A stretch of DNA of 64,000 bases from an uncultured Candidatus Bathyarchaeia archaeon (GTDB lineage Archaea; Thermoproteota; Bathyarchaeia; 40CM-2-53-6; DTGE01), in assembly GCA_964489085.1 (NCBI GenBank), contig CAZAXO010000001.1:1483-65482 (forward strand), read 5' to 3'. The translations under genes and the position numbers were made by a program. The notes under the pieces were generated by a model. It worked only from the letters and a program-made list of their open reading frames with translations, had not been told where the DNA came from and ran no database searches. Shown here one piece after another: positions 48,342-57,732 of this stretch (the first letter of the stretch is position 1; every line of letters begins with the position of its first letter).

Positions 48342-50216
48342 GTGATCGTTATAGATCTTTGGCAGAAGTTATTACCCATTAGAGAGAAAGCCTACAGTTC
48401 AGATAAAAAAATCATATTGGATAATTACATACAGGGATCTGGTAAATCTCTATCTCAAACCGGTATAATGATAAAGAACAATAAAAATAACTTAGCCTTT
48501 TTTAATGACCACGAACTAATTCACGAAATGTGGAGTTCAATTTACAGTACCAGAGGTATTGGAGGTTGGATTAAGAACTACCCTTTTATCAACCTTATGT
48601 TTGGTAAGACTTACGTACTTAAGGAATACGAACGTAAAACCTACGGCAAGAAATTTAGTTGTTTCTGCAATCAGTACGGTAACGATTTAATCTTTAATTT
48701 GATAAGGATGGGATTTATACCTAGTAATTATTGTAATGATATATGTGTGTATGGTAACGAGTGTTCACATAAAGCTCAGATACGAGAGAACTTCAACATG
48801 GCTAAACTGGATTTTGATAGTCTATGGTTGTTGGTTAAATCCTATATATTTACAGATATAATGGATGGTATATTTGATAAGTTTAAAGATTTGAATATAT
48901 TGATGGATGAAAACTTCTTTAACGTTTTGTTTGACCAGATAGATTTGAGGGCATTTACTATATCATTTTATAAGAAGGCTATTTCAGATGTGTTAAATAT
49001 AAATTCTGAACTTGAGGAAATATGGGTAGATTTTGTACCACTACTTGATAGGATGATAAATAGTTTGGTTGGTGCTAAAAGCATAAAGACAGAAAAGAAG
49101 ATCAAGTTAATAATTAGAGATATATACGAATTTTTAGGTTCTTATTCTGTTTCAGATTTATCGGGTTGGAACGAAATTATGAAGCACACCTTTCTCCAAA
49201 ACAATGGTACTATAACTCCTAAGATAGGAAATATTATGAATAGTTTTATAGATATACTAAATGATATTTCATTATGTGAAACACCTGAGTCTGTCAATAA
49301 TAGAATTTTAGTCGATGACGAAGAACATATATTTACATACATAATAAATAAAAAAAAATTAACTGAAGATCTAATTGAAAAATCCTCCAAATTTATAATT
49401 GCATCATCTATAATGGATGGTAAAATATTCGAAGCATTATTTCCAAATTATTCTGACGATTATACCATACTGCATGGTGGAATACAACCTAAATTTAAAA
49501 AAGTGTATAGATATACGAAGGGTGTGTATCCAAAATATGTATTATATAATTATAAAACGAATCAATATACTAAATCGTTCTGCAATCTACTTAAAATTAC
49601 TGGTGAAATATTACAGAGACATAAAAATGATAAATTGATGTTAGTGAGCTTTAAGGAGTTTATAAGAGTTATCCATAAAGGGTTAAAATCCGTTATACGT
49701 AAATATGGTATAGATTTAGTATATGCATATTGGTACAATATAGAAGGTAAAAACATTTATAAAGATAGAACGGTACAAATACAATTTGGATGTCCAGGAA
49801 GACCAAGTAGATATTCTACTGCGATTTCTACTATTTTAGATTTAGATAAAGACCTGATCGATTATATATCGGTACAAGGTGCACAATTTCAAACATCCGA
49901 GAGACTTAGAAGTATCTTATATCCAAATGTTAAAACAGTTTACCAATTATCGAAGATAATAAATGACAAATATCCTGAATATATAGATTTTAATAATATT
50001 GCTGAGATAAAGCATAAGGGTCTTATTTCCTTTATGAGGAAATACGGGGTTTGTAGTGCTGATGAAATAAGGGTAAAATATTATGAAAGTAGGATTTCTA
50101 AAAAGCAGGTTACCAATGTACTCGATAACTTATTTAGAGAAGAGTTATTAGGTAAGGTTAAGATTAAAAGGGAAGTAGGACCAGGAAGACCAACTTGGTA
50201 TTGGAAGGCTAATTAA
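48342..50216 (+). CDS. large P-loop NTPase (Walker A QGSGKS) of unknown role; packaging ATPase or replication ATPase are candidates
   Basis: 624 aa with YIQGSGKSLSQTG near the N-terminus and Cys clusters (FSCFCNQYG, CNDICVYGNEC). Confidence 0.35.
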   Translation: MIVIDLWQKLLPIREKAYSSDKKIILDNYIQGSGKSLSQTGIMIKNNKNNLAFFNDHELIHEMWSSIYSTRGIGGWIKNYPFINLMFGKTYVLKEYERKTYGKKFSCFCNQYGNDLIFNLIRMGFIPSNYCNDICVYGNECSHKAQIRENFNMAKLDFDSLWLLVKSYIFTDIMDGIFDKFKDLNILMDENFFNVLFDQIDLRAFTISFYKKAISDVLNINSELEEIWVDFVPLLDRMINSLVGAKSIKTEKKIKLIIRDIYEFLGSYSVSDLSGWNEIMKHTFLQNNGTITPKIGNIMNSFIDILNDISLCETPESVNNRILVDDEEHIFTYIINKKKLTEDLIEKSSKFIIASSIMDGKIFEALFPNYSDDYTILHGGIQPKFKKVYRYTKGVYPKYVLYNYKTNQYTKSFCNLLKITGEILQRHKNDKLMLVSFKEFIRVIHKGLKSVIRKYGIDLVYAYWYNIEGKNIYKDRTVQIQFGCPGRPSRYSTAISTILDLDKDLIDYISVQGAQFQTSERLRSILYPNVKTVYQLSKIINDKYPEYIDFNNIAEIKHKGLISFMRKYGVCSADEIRVKYYESRISKKQVTNVLDNLFREELLGKVKIKREVGPGRPTWYWKAN

Positions 50217-50370
50217 ATCCGTTTATTAACTACCATTATATTTATTTATTAGTATTTCTATTATTACATCCATCCTACAAAATTTTTCTCTTTTGTTTTT
50301 TATTGCTTGTTGTATCTTATCTAGTTTCTTTTTGTTATTTATGCTAACCGAGATAGATGTGTATTTTTTT

Positions 50371-50859
50371 TTAGACATATGTAATTTGTTCTATTTTCTT
50401 TATTTTCTTTTTATTATATGGAACGTTGTTATCATCGAAGATTTTTATTATTTCGTGTTTATATATTTGTTCCCAGTTACTGTTTACTCCCTTATAATTT
50501 ATTTTTCTTACATATGTGAGTATTTGTTTTAATGCTGGTGTCCTAGGTATTTGGTTTCTATATTTTTTTGTTATATTTAGTAGTTCTTCGATAGTATATT
50601 CTACGTATATTCTCTTTATTACTTTTCGTTCCTTTACTTTCGATAATTCTACCTTTGTTCTTCTTGTCCTTTTTTTCTCTCCAGCCCAGTATAACCAGTA
50701 ACAAAACGTTCCGGTGACTCTTCCTCGTATTACCGCGTCTTTTCCAGTTTCCTCTTTATATCTTATCATATCCGGTGCTAAGATATCAGTCCACGGTTGA
50801 TCTTTCCAAAATTTTACTTCTTTAGTTACTCCTTTATAAGTTATAGTTCTAGTTTCCAT
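50371..50859 (-). CDS. protein of the WRGxxTGTF paralog family
   Basis: Contains VIRGRVTGTFCYWLYW. Third paralog. Confidence 0.4.
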   Translation of the reverse strand: METRTITYKGVTKEVKFWKDQPWTDILAPDMIRYKEETGKDAVIRGRVTGTFCYWLYWAGEKKRTRRTKVELSKVKERKVIKRIYVEYTIEELLNITKKYRNQIPRTPALKQILTYVRKINYKGVNSNWEQIYKHEIIKIFDDNNVPYNKKKIKKIEQITYV

Positions 50860-50928
50860 AATTTATGATAATATATTTATAATTTATAAATAGAGGTAAA
50901 ATATTTAAATTTTTATATAATCTTAAAT

Positions 50929-51387
50929 TTAAAATTTATGGTATTGTATTTTATCTAAGCCAGTTTGTTCTAGGAAGTTTTCATAACTGTGAAATATCAT
51001 ACCAGCCTTTTCTCCTATGTCCTTTGAATAATCCATACATCTACGGAGTACGAGTTTTTTAAATATATCTCTGGCTGGTTTGTTCTTTTGTTTTACCTCC
51101 TCTGGTACGTCCATCCTTAATACCATCATTAATTGTGTTATGAACGGGAATTCCAATGTACATCTTCCTGAAAACTCTATTTTTCCTACATCTGGTAGTA
51201 TCTCTAGTTTGAAGTCGAAGAAGCCGAACGCTTCCTTTGAGTTTAGATATACTAAATTTTTTGTTTGTAGTGTGTAATTATACTCTACATTGGGTTTTGG
51301 ATTATCCATCCAAACATTCACTTTTGGATTGATAAAAACGAAGTTTTTTAATCTAATGAAACTATCTATTTTTTTAAATGTTGGCAT
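50929..51387 (-). CDS. hypothetical protein
   Basis: 152-aa ORF. Confidence 0.35.
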   Translation of the reverse strand: MPTFKKIDSFIRLKNFVFINPKVNVWMDNPKPNVEYNYTLQTKNLVYLNSKEAFGFFDFKLEILPDVGKIEFSGRCTLEFPFITQLMMVLRMDVPEEVKQKNKPARDIFKKLVLRRCMDYSKDIGEKAGMIFHSYENFLEQTGLDKIQYHKF

Positions 51388-51435
51388 AATTCTATGGGTG
51401 GCGAGTTTGTACCTCAGTGTCGTGTGCTCTTTGAT

Positions 51436-52161
51436 CTACCCACTGGAAAAAGTAGAACCACTTTCCATATATGCGATTATATCTCCGTAAAGTAGTTTAT
51501 CTTTGTGATTCTTTATCATGGATAATATTTTTTCTTTATTACTTAGTTGTAAACTACCGTATAATACCATATGAGTTTCATAAAACATTACGATATAACT
51601 AGCTCTCCCTAAATTTTCTATTAGTTCAAAACATCTTTCTATATCTCCCATAAACCTTTTATGAAACTCAAAACTTATTAATTCTATTGGTTGTGATAAC
51701 CCCTCTAAAATATCAGGTTCTGAACCTTCGGCATCAATTTTACAGAATTTAGGTTTACCATATTTATTTATTAGCCAGTCTAGTGTCACTGTTTTTATTC
51801 CTTCTCTATACCAAGTGAAATCTTCTAGTGATTCATCTGGTTTTTTCTTGTATTTGTCTTTTAGTGTGGATAGTTCCGGCTTTTCTTTGCAAGTGTTTAT
51901 CGTCATAATATCGATCTCAGAGTATGCACCCATATCTAAAAGATGTATGTTGTTATTATTTTTGAATCTATGACTTAAATGAATAAAGAGATTGTACAGT
52001 GGTTCCAACGCTATTACAGTTGCACCTAGTTGGAGGAATATGTCTGATTTATCTCCTACGTTAGCACCTATATCGAATACCAAATCTCCCTTTTTTATGT
52101 ATGTAGAGTAAAACTTAGTTTCTATTTTTTTATCTGTTTCATTTTCGGTTTGGTAATCCAT
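51436..52161 (-). CDS. FkbM-family SAM-dependent methyltransferase
   Basis: VFDIGANVGDKSDIFLQLGATVIALEP matches the FkbM signature. Confidence 0.55.
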   Translation of the reverse strand: MDYQTENETDKKIETKFYSTYIKKGDLVFDIGANVGDKSDIFLQLGATVIALEPLYNLFIHLSHRFKNNNNIHLLDMGAYSEIDIMTINTCKEKPELSTLKDKYKKKPDESLEDFTWYREGIKTVTLDWLINKYGKPKFCKIDAEGSEPDILEGLSQPIELISFEFHKRFMGDIERCFELIENLGRASYIVMFYETHMVLYGSLQLSNKEKILSMIKNHKDKLLYGDIIAYMESGSTFSSG

Positions 52162-52207
52162 TTTTTTGACCTCCGTTTATGATAAACAAAAAAAAAATAG
52201 GGTATTA

Positions 52208-52408
52208 TTATAAGTCTCGTGGAAAGATCGTCTTTCTTTTATTACCTTCTGCTCTGTCACAGGCTTTTAATACCAGTTCTTCTATATACTCATCAATTTT
52301 ACCAAATAATTCCTTTGATAACTTGAGATTCTTTCCACTTCCTTTTACTATTTCGTACACTCTACTTTTTACAACAGTGTGTTTTTCTTTTTTGGTTTTT
52401 TCAGACAT
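52208..52408 (-). CDS. histone-fold protein (archaeal-histone-like singlet)
   Basis: 66 aa. RVYEIVKGSGKNLKLSKELFGKIDEYIEELVLKACDRAEGNKRKTIFPRDL aligns with HMf-type histones (IIKDAG...ARHAGRKTIKAEDI). Confidence 0.5.
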   Translation of the reverse strand: MSEKTKKEKHTVVKSRVYEIVKGSGKNLKLSKELFGKIDEYIEELVLKACDRAEGNKRKTIFPRDL

Positions 52409-52527
52409 AATTTTAATCCTCCAACTATAATATTTATATTATTAATATAATAATTTGGATAATTTATAAAATTTTTTGTAAAACATCTTGTCAAAATAGT
52501 AAAAGAAAGAGAAAAAAAAATTAGATA

Positions 52528-52902
52528 TTAACCAGTCCATAGATTTTTGTCTACCAACTTTCTTATTTGTGTTAACTTATTTTCTATGTTTCGAGGTAAT
52601 TTCATTTCTTTCCAGTCTTTTAATTCTGAGCTTCCTATTGTATCCCAAAAGTCCTTTCTTAGTGTATTTGCTGGTATTTTATACATACCCCATATTGTGT
52701 ATCTTCTAAAAGGTGGCATCCAAGCTCTAAGCCATTGTTCTATTGCTTCGTCTGTAGGCACCATTGCTTGTTTTAACGTCTTATATGCTTTTTCTATCGA
52801 CTGTTTTAGAATATTTTCAAGTTGCTTATATTCCTTCGGATTTTTTTTTTCATCTAAATCCTCAAGTAGATTATTCATTATATCTCTAAATACTTCTTTC
52901 AT
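52528..52902 (-). CDS. hypothetical protein
   Basis: 124-aa ORF. Confidence 0.35.
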   Translation of the reverse strand: MKEVFRDIMNNLLEDLDEKKNPKEYKQLENILKQSIEKAYKTLKQAMVPTDEAIEQWLRAWMPPFRRYTIWGMYKIPANTLRKDFWDTIGSSELKDWKEMKLPRNIENKLTQIRKLVDKNLWTG

Positions 52903-52948
52903 TTTTATTTTTCACCTCCGTTTTAGTAGTTTTTTATAAGTTTAATTA

Positions 52949-53206
52949 TTAAAACATATAACGATTTTGTTGTGATTTTCTCTCCCCCCATTTCTCCATT
53001 AGTTCGTTCGATATTTTGATCGCCTTGTTTATGTAATTGCGTATTTGTTCTATTTTTCCTTTTTCGTACTCGGAATCATAAGATGACGATTTCGGGAGTT
53101 GTTCTTTAGAATCTTTAAGTTTCCTTCTAACATCAAATAAACCTTTTCTTTTTAGCTTGTTATCACCATAACTCTTTATGGGTATTCCTCTTGGTATTAT
53201 TCTCAC
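52949..53206 (-). CDS. hypothetical basic protein
   Basis: 85-aa ORF. Confidence 0.3.
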   Translation of the reverse strand: MRIIPRGIPIKSYGDNKLKRKGLFDVRRKLKDSKEQLPKSSSYDSEYEKGKIEQIRNYINKAIKISNELMEKWGERKSQQNRYMF

Positions 53207-53362
53207 CTCCGTCCTAGTAATTTTTCCAAATTTTTGAGGTATTTTACGTCAATTTTATTTATTTCGATGTTGTTTCTAATCTTAAGTATAGTAATAAGAG
53301 CGTTGTTACAAATAGCTCCAATTTCGTTTATTACCGGTAGTAACTCATTTAGAATTGTCATA

Positions 53363-53650
53363 TTAGTAATGATCTATCATGCAGTTAAATGCTTTTTCTA
53401 CTTCATTCCAAAAAATTTTTCTAATATTGTCTGCTTTTGAGTGTTTGAAGTAAGTTAATCCAGTTTCCGGACATGAAGGTCCTTTATTCATATGTACACT
53501 GTCTAAGAATATCTCTATTATATTGCTTGGTATTGGTAAAGACCGCCTAAGAGCATTGTAAGACTTTACGATTATCTTTTTAACGGTTGGTTCTAAATCT
53601 TGTTCAATTTCGAAATCTTTTATTATTGTATTAGCCATCCTTTCAGCCAT
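53363..53650 (-). CDS. small protein, LPIPxNIIE paralog family (member 1)
   Basis: RRSLPIPSNIIEIF...IRKIFWNEV. Confidence 0.4.
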   Translation of the reverse strand: MAERMANTIIKDFEIEQDLEPTVKKIIVKSYNALRRSLPIPSNIIEIFLDSVHMNKGPSCPETGLTYFKHSKADNIRKIFWNEVEKAFNCMIDHY

Positions 53651-53665
53651 TTTCTCACCTCCTAT

Positions 53666-54010
53666 TTATAATAATCTGAGTATATGTTCCCAAAATTTTC
53701 TTATTATTACATCAGCAGTTTGAAAATCAGTTGTTTTTGCTATAATCCCATCTATTTTACCACATTTTTTATGATACGTCTTATAATCTCTGTCGTCTGG
53801 AATACCGACTTTATTTAATGAGTTAGACATGTTACTCATTTGTTTTATTATGTATTTTTCAATTACATTTGTTGGTATTGGTAATGGTTTTCTAAGGTAC
53901 TTATAGGTTCTATGTACGAAGCTTTTTATCCTATTTGTTCCTATCGACCGCATAAAATCCTTACTAAATAAATTTATAGATTTCTCTCTTATTTGTTTTT
54001 CAGTTACCAT
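53666..54010 (-). CDS. small protein, LPIPxNIIE paralog family (member 2)
   Basis: RKPLPIPTNVIEKY...IRKFWEHI. Confidence 0.4.
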   Translation of the reverse strand: MVTEKQIREKSINLFSKDFMRSIGTNRIKSFVHRTYKYLRKPLPIPTNVIEKYIIKQMSNMSNSLNKVGIPDDRDYKTYHKKCGKIDGIIAKTTDFQTADVIIRKFWEHILRLL

Positions 54011-54031
54011 TTTCTTACCTCCTATTCATCG

Positions 54032-54538
54032 TTAGACCTTATATTTTGGATTATCTCTACCTCCACTATAAGGCATAAATAGGTATTTTCTTTTTATTTC
54101 CATCTCTTCAGGATTGCATTTGTAATTAACTTTATATCCTTGTTTTATAAACTTCACAGGGGAACCAAATAATAATCCACCAGATTCAAACTGATAATGG
54201 GTAGGATCAATCCAATACAACCTATTATTTATTACAACTTCTACCCAGTAATGGTCATCTAACCACCCAAATTCACCGTGGATCACCTTGGTTTTTATTT
54301 TCATACCCTTAAAATACAATGATAGATTATACGACGCAACAGGACAATAACCTAAATCTGACTTCCACCAGTTTTTCTCAAACGTCTTAGTTTTTTCAGA
54401 ATACGTTAAAGATATTTTCTTAATAGTCAGTAATAATCCTTTGTAATCTCTAGTGTGGTACGATTTTTTGTGAGATGGAACGATTATTTTCTTTCCATCT
54501 TTAGTGTAAGAAAAAGATTTTAATTCTTTAGTTTTCAT
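54032..54538 (-). CDS. hypothetical protein
   Basis: 168-aa ORF. Confidence 0.35.
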   Translation of the reverse strand: MKTKELKSFSYTKDGKKIIVPSHKKSYHTRDYKGLLLTIKKISLTYSEKTKTFEKNWWKSDLGYCPVASYNLSLYFKGMKIKTKVIHGEFGWLDDHYWVEVVINNRLYWIDPTHYQFESGGLLFGSPVKFIKQGYKVNYKCNPEEMEIKRKYLFMPYSGGRDNPKYKV

Positions 54539-54729
54539 TTTGTTATATCATCTATGATATCTTGAATAAAGTCTATTCGTTTATTTATTTTTTTGCTGAT
54601 TTCTTCCATATGTCCTTCGAAATCTATCTCATCTAGGGTTTTATCTAACTGACTTTCGAAGTCGTCTAGTTTTCGTTTTACCGTTTTGTGTCTAATTACG
54701 TTTTGTTCTTCGGTTCTCTTTTTTGTCAT
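54535..54729 (-). CDS. hypothetical small protein
   Basis: 64-aa ORF with a 4-nt overlap. Confidence 0.3.
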   Translation of the reverse strand: MTKKRTEEQNVIRHKTVKRKLDDFESQLDKTLDEIDFEGHMEEISKKINKRIDFIQDIIDDITK

Positions 54730-54730
54730 T

Positions 54731-55033
54731 TTATCCTATCCTTTCTCCGTTTAACGCATCCTTTATATAACCCCAGAAGGTTTTACGTATCTGATCTGCC
54801 GAATTTTTGTATTCTTCAGACAAATAATATTCCCCGTTGGGTTCTTCACGGCTGATCCATGTTTCAATGTAGGTTTCTATTATTTTTGGTGGTATAGGCA
54901 TTATTCTCGAAAGTGATTTACCTATTTTGTTAATCGAAGCTATAAAATGAGGTTTTGAATCCGGAAACTCATCTATGTACTCAGAAATAGAATATTTATC
55001 CAATATTTTCTCTATATACTTTTTACTTACCAT
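54731..55033 (-). CDS. small protein, LPIPxNIIE paralog family (member 3)
   Basis: SRIMPIPPKIIETY...IRKTFWGYI. Confidence 0.4.
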   Translation of the reverse strand: MVSKKYIEKILDKYSISEYIDEFPDSKPHFIASINKIGKSLSRIMPIPPKIIETYIETWISREEPNGEYYLSEEYKNSADQIRKTFWGYIKDALNGERIG

Positions 55034-55055
55034 TTTTTTACCTCTTATTATGTTT

Positions 55056-55259
55056 TTATAGGAAAGTTTCCAAAAATTTTGATATTAAGTCTCGTTTATT
55101 CTGAGCATGTGATGAGTTGGTTGTTAATCTTCTTCCATTAGCGTATATAGTATATTCGTATAAATATGTATCTTTTCCATACTGTTGCGATTTCTCTTTT
55201 GTAATATTCCTGAGTTCATATTTTACAGGGATTACAATATCATTTATTTTCGTTGTCAC
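55056..55259 (-). CDS. small protein, LKNI/DLYIN paralog family
   Basis: VIPVKYELRNITKE...YEYTIYANG. Confidence 0.35.
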   Translation of the reverse strand: MTTKINDIVIPVKYELRNITKEKSQQYGKDTYLYEYTIYANGRRLTTNSSHAQNKRDLISKFLETFL

Positions 55260-55272
55260 CTTATTACCTCTG

Positions 55273-55680
55273 TCATTTTCTTAAATAAATTGAATAGCGG
55301 GCTATACCTCCGGTTGATTTTAGTTGTCTTACCGTTACGTTGTTGTATCTTATATATATTAAGTCTTTTAGGGTTTCTCTGAAATTTTTGTATTGTCCAG
55401 TTTTAACTTTTAGTTGTGTTTTTGTTTTTGTTCTATTTGTGAAGTTTTTTTCTTCCAATTTTGCTGGTTGTATTGAGACTAAAAATAGTATTACTTCTTT
55501 TATTGTTTTCGCTTTCCTTTTCTTTGTGTCGATACCTATTACGTCGGATGTACTTGGATCTTTGAACCAAGATGCTGGTATATTGTCTGAATAGTGTTTT
55601 ATTTTGGATGTATGACTTTCGTCGGCTATTCTAGATTTTTTGGATCTTTTTAGATGAAACTTTTGTGCTTTTTTAAACAT
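55273..55680 (-). CDS. hypothetical basic protein
   Basis: 135-aa ORF. Confidence 0.3.
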   Translation of the reverse strand: MFKKAQKFHLKRSKKSRIADESHTSKIKHYSDNIPASWFKDPSTSDVIGIDTKKRKAKTIKEVILFLVSIQPAKLEEKNFTNRTKTKTQLKVKTGQYKNFRETLKDLIYIRYNNVTVRQLKSTGGIARYSIYLRK

Positions 55681-55683
55681 TTT

Positions 55684-55944
55684 TTATAACAACTTATTTT
55701 TTATTGATTCTTTTAATTCTTTTAAATTATTTGCTTGGTAACCAGTAGACCCTCTATAAGAGTAGTTTTCTATCCTTTGTTCTCTGTTGGAGGGTAGGTA
55801 ATATATATCTATTTTGTAATAGAATCCTTCTAAATTTTTTAGTTTATATCTGGTAACGTAAATAAGATCTTCTTTTCTATCTCCGAGGTATATTTCTTTA
55901 AGATCTTGTTTACTTACTACCAAATCTTCAAAATCTTCTGGCAT
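55684..55944 (-). CDS. hypothetical protein
   Basis: 86-aa ORF. Confidence 0.3.
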   Translation of the reverse strand: MPEDFEDLVVSKQDLKEIYLGDRKEDLIYVTRYKLKNLEGFYYKIDIYYLPSNREQRIENYSYRGSTGYQANNLKELKESIKNKLL

Positions 55945-55951
55945 GATATTT

Positions 55952-56188
55952 TTAATATCCCATTGAGTTTTCTAATAGTTCTACCGCGTGATTTATCACG
56001 TCTGTTTTTGTATTTCCAGTATACATAACTATATCTTTTCTGGCAGAATTCACTTTTCCATTTATATATAAATCGTAAGCATAAGCAGATGAACCATCTT
56101 CATATATCGCTTTTCTTATGTTTTTTAGCTCTATACTTACTGTAAATTTTATATCCTTAAGCATTAATCGTTTTTCTTCTTTCGACAT
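55952..56188 (-). CDS. small protein, LKNI/DLYIN paralog family
   Basis: FTVSIELKNIRK...YAYDLYINGK. Confidence 0.4.
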   Translation of the reverse strand: MSKEEKRLMLKDIKFTVSIELKNIRKAIYEDGSSAYAYDLYINGKVNSARKDIVMYTGNTKTDVINHAVELLENSMGY

Positions 56189-56599
56189 TTAAAAATCATC
56201 TAATCTTATATTTTGTACTATTTTTTCGAATAATTGACTTAAACTTTCGACCGGTAATGAACGACAGTCTTTTTGTCTCAACTCATCATTTATATAAAGG
56301 TCGAACTTGTAGTAAAATACGTGGAGGTTTATATCTTTGATTCTCATATTTGTAACTTTTTTGATATTCTTCAGTTGGATTTTTATCGTAAATTGCTTGG
56401 GTTTTATGTCTATTGTTCTTAAGTCGTCTCTATATTTCGTTTCTTTATATTTTGATTCTATAGATGTATTGGCTTCACTTTTTATTTCATTACGAGTGTA
56501 TCCACCTCTGTAGGTTCCTCCTCTCGATCTAACAGATGCTCCTTTTTTTTGTGCAGCAGTCCTATATGGTTGATCTCTTCTTACCATTTTTTTTTTCAC
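56189..56599 (-). CDS. protein with basic N-terminus, LKNI/DLYIN paralog family
   Basis: FTIKIQLKNIKK...YKFDLYINDEL. Confidence 0.4.
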   Translation of the reverse strand: MKKKMVRRDQPYRTAAQKKGASVRSRGGTYRGGYTRNEIKSEANTSIESKYKETKYRDDLRTIDIKPKQFTIKIQLKNIKKVTNMRIKDINLHVFYYKFDLYINDELRQKDCRSLPVESLSQLFEKIVQNIRLDDF

Positions 56600-56600
56600 T

Positions 56601-56846
56601 TTACATTCTTAATTCTTTTACTACCTTGATAAACAATTCATTTATATCTTTCACATTATATACGTATCTATCTTCTGATGCAAGAACATCGTTGATGTAT
56701 AAATCGAACGAATAGGTTGGTTTTTCTTTTCTATCTTTATCTATACGTTTTATAATGTTTTTTAATTGAACTTTTACTGTGAATTGTTTAGGTTTTAACT
56801 TTATTCTTTTAATGTTGGTTCTATATTTCATTTCTTTTTTTGACAT
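56601..56846 (-). CDS. small protein, LKNI/DLYIN paralog family
   Basis: FTVKVQLKNIIK...YSFDLYINDVL. Confidence 0.4.
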   Translation of the reverse strand: MSKKEMKYRTNIKRIKLKPKQFTVKVQLKNIIKRIDKDRKEKPTYSFDLYINDVLASEDRYVYNVKDINELFIKVVKELRM

Positions 56847-57181
56847 TATTTAACAACTTTTATTATTTTTTGTTTGATAACATTATTTATTCCTGAACTG
56901 AATTTTAATTTTACGTTTTTATATGGATATCTTGATTTTTTGAATTTTATGGGTGTTATTTCTATTTTGTATTGAGTTCTTTTGAAATTCCATTTGTTGC
57001 ATATCCAATCGAAGCCGTATTTGTATCCGTATTGGTCATTTATATTTCCAAATCCTTTATATATGGTAAGTCTATTGTCGTTATCGTCGACTTTGGGTTT
57101 AATAATGGTTTTACTTATTTTTACGTCGTCTTCCTTAACTATATCCCATTTGGTAAGGGTGTGTACTTTATTTTTATACAT
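56846..57181 (-). CDS. small protein, paralog of 57438..57710
   Basis: Shares KWNFKRTQYKIEI with RWNYSNPQYGIKI in 57438..57710. Confidence 0.35.
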   Translation of the reverse strand: MYKNKVHTLTKWDIVKEDDVKISKTIIKPKVDDNDNRLTIYKGFGNINDQYGYKYGFDWICNKWNFKRTQYKIEITPIKFKKSRYPYKNVKLKFSSGINNVIKQKIIKVVK

Positions 57182-57183
57182 AT

Positions 57184-57435
57184 TTAATACCTTATAATAC
57201 GTTGTATATATTTTAATACGTTTTTGTAGAGTTCATCTATGGAGTTTGCATTTATCTCTCGTATGTTACTGTTGGTTCTGATATTATTTATGTATATATT
57301 GTGTATGTATGTTGTCTTTCCTCTATTTGTAATTACGTTTTCTTTATTATATTCACACTTAGTAATTTCTTTTATTCCTACTTTTACGGTAAACGATTTA
57401 TCCTTTATTTTTGTAGTTTTGATTAGTTCCGTCAT
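57184..57435 (-). CDS. small protein, LKNI/DLYIN paralog family
   Basis: FTVKVGIKEITK...YIHNIYINNI. Confidence 0.35.
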   Translation of the reverse strand: MTELIKTTKIKDKSFTVKVGIKEITKCEYNKENVITNRGKTTYIHNIYINNIRTNSNIREINANSIDELYKNVLKYIQRIIRY

Positions 57436-57437
57436 TT

Positions 57438-57710
57438 CTATCCGATTTTTTCTATTAGTTTCTTCCTTACGATCTTTAAGATACCACTACTGACTTTTAT
57501 TCCTTTTATTTTTATACCGTATTGTGGGTTACTATAGTTCCATCTAGTACAAGTTATATTTCCTATATGACTATGTCCAAGTCTGTCTGTTATTTTCAGT
57601 TTGGCAGTATAGTCAGTTGTATTTGCACCAATAAAGAGTTGGTATTCTTTAACATCTGTTACTTGAATTTGATCTTCGGATACTATATCTTCCTTTGCTA
57701 TATAAATCAT
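57438..57710 (-). CDS. small protein, paralog of 56846..57181
   Basis: 90-aa ORF. Confidence 0.35.
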   Translation of the reverse strand: MIYIAKEDIVSEDQIQVTDVKEYQLFIGANTTDYTAKLKITDRLGHSHIGNITCTRWNYSNPQYGIKIKGIKVSSGILKIVRKKLIEKIG

Positions 57711-57732
57711 AATTTTTTATTTAGTCTATAAT

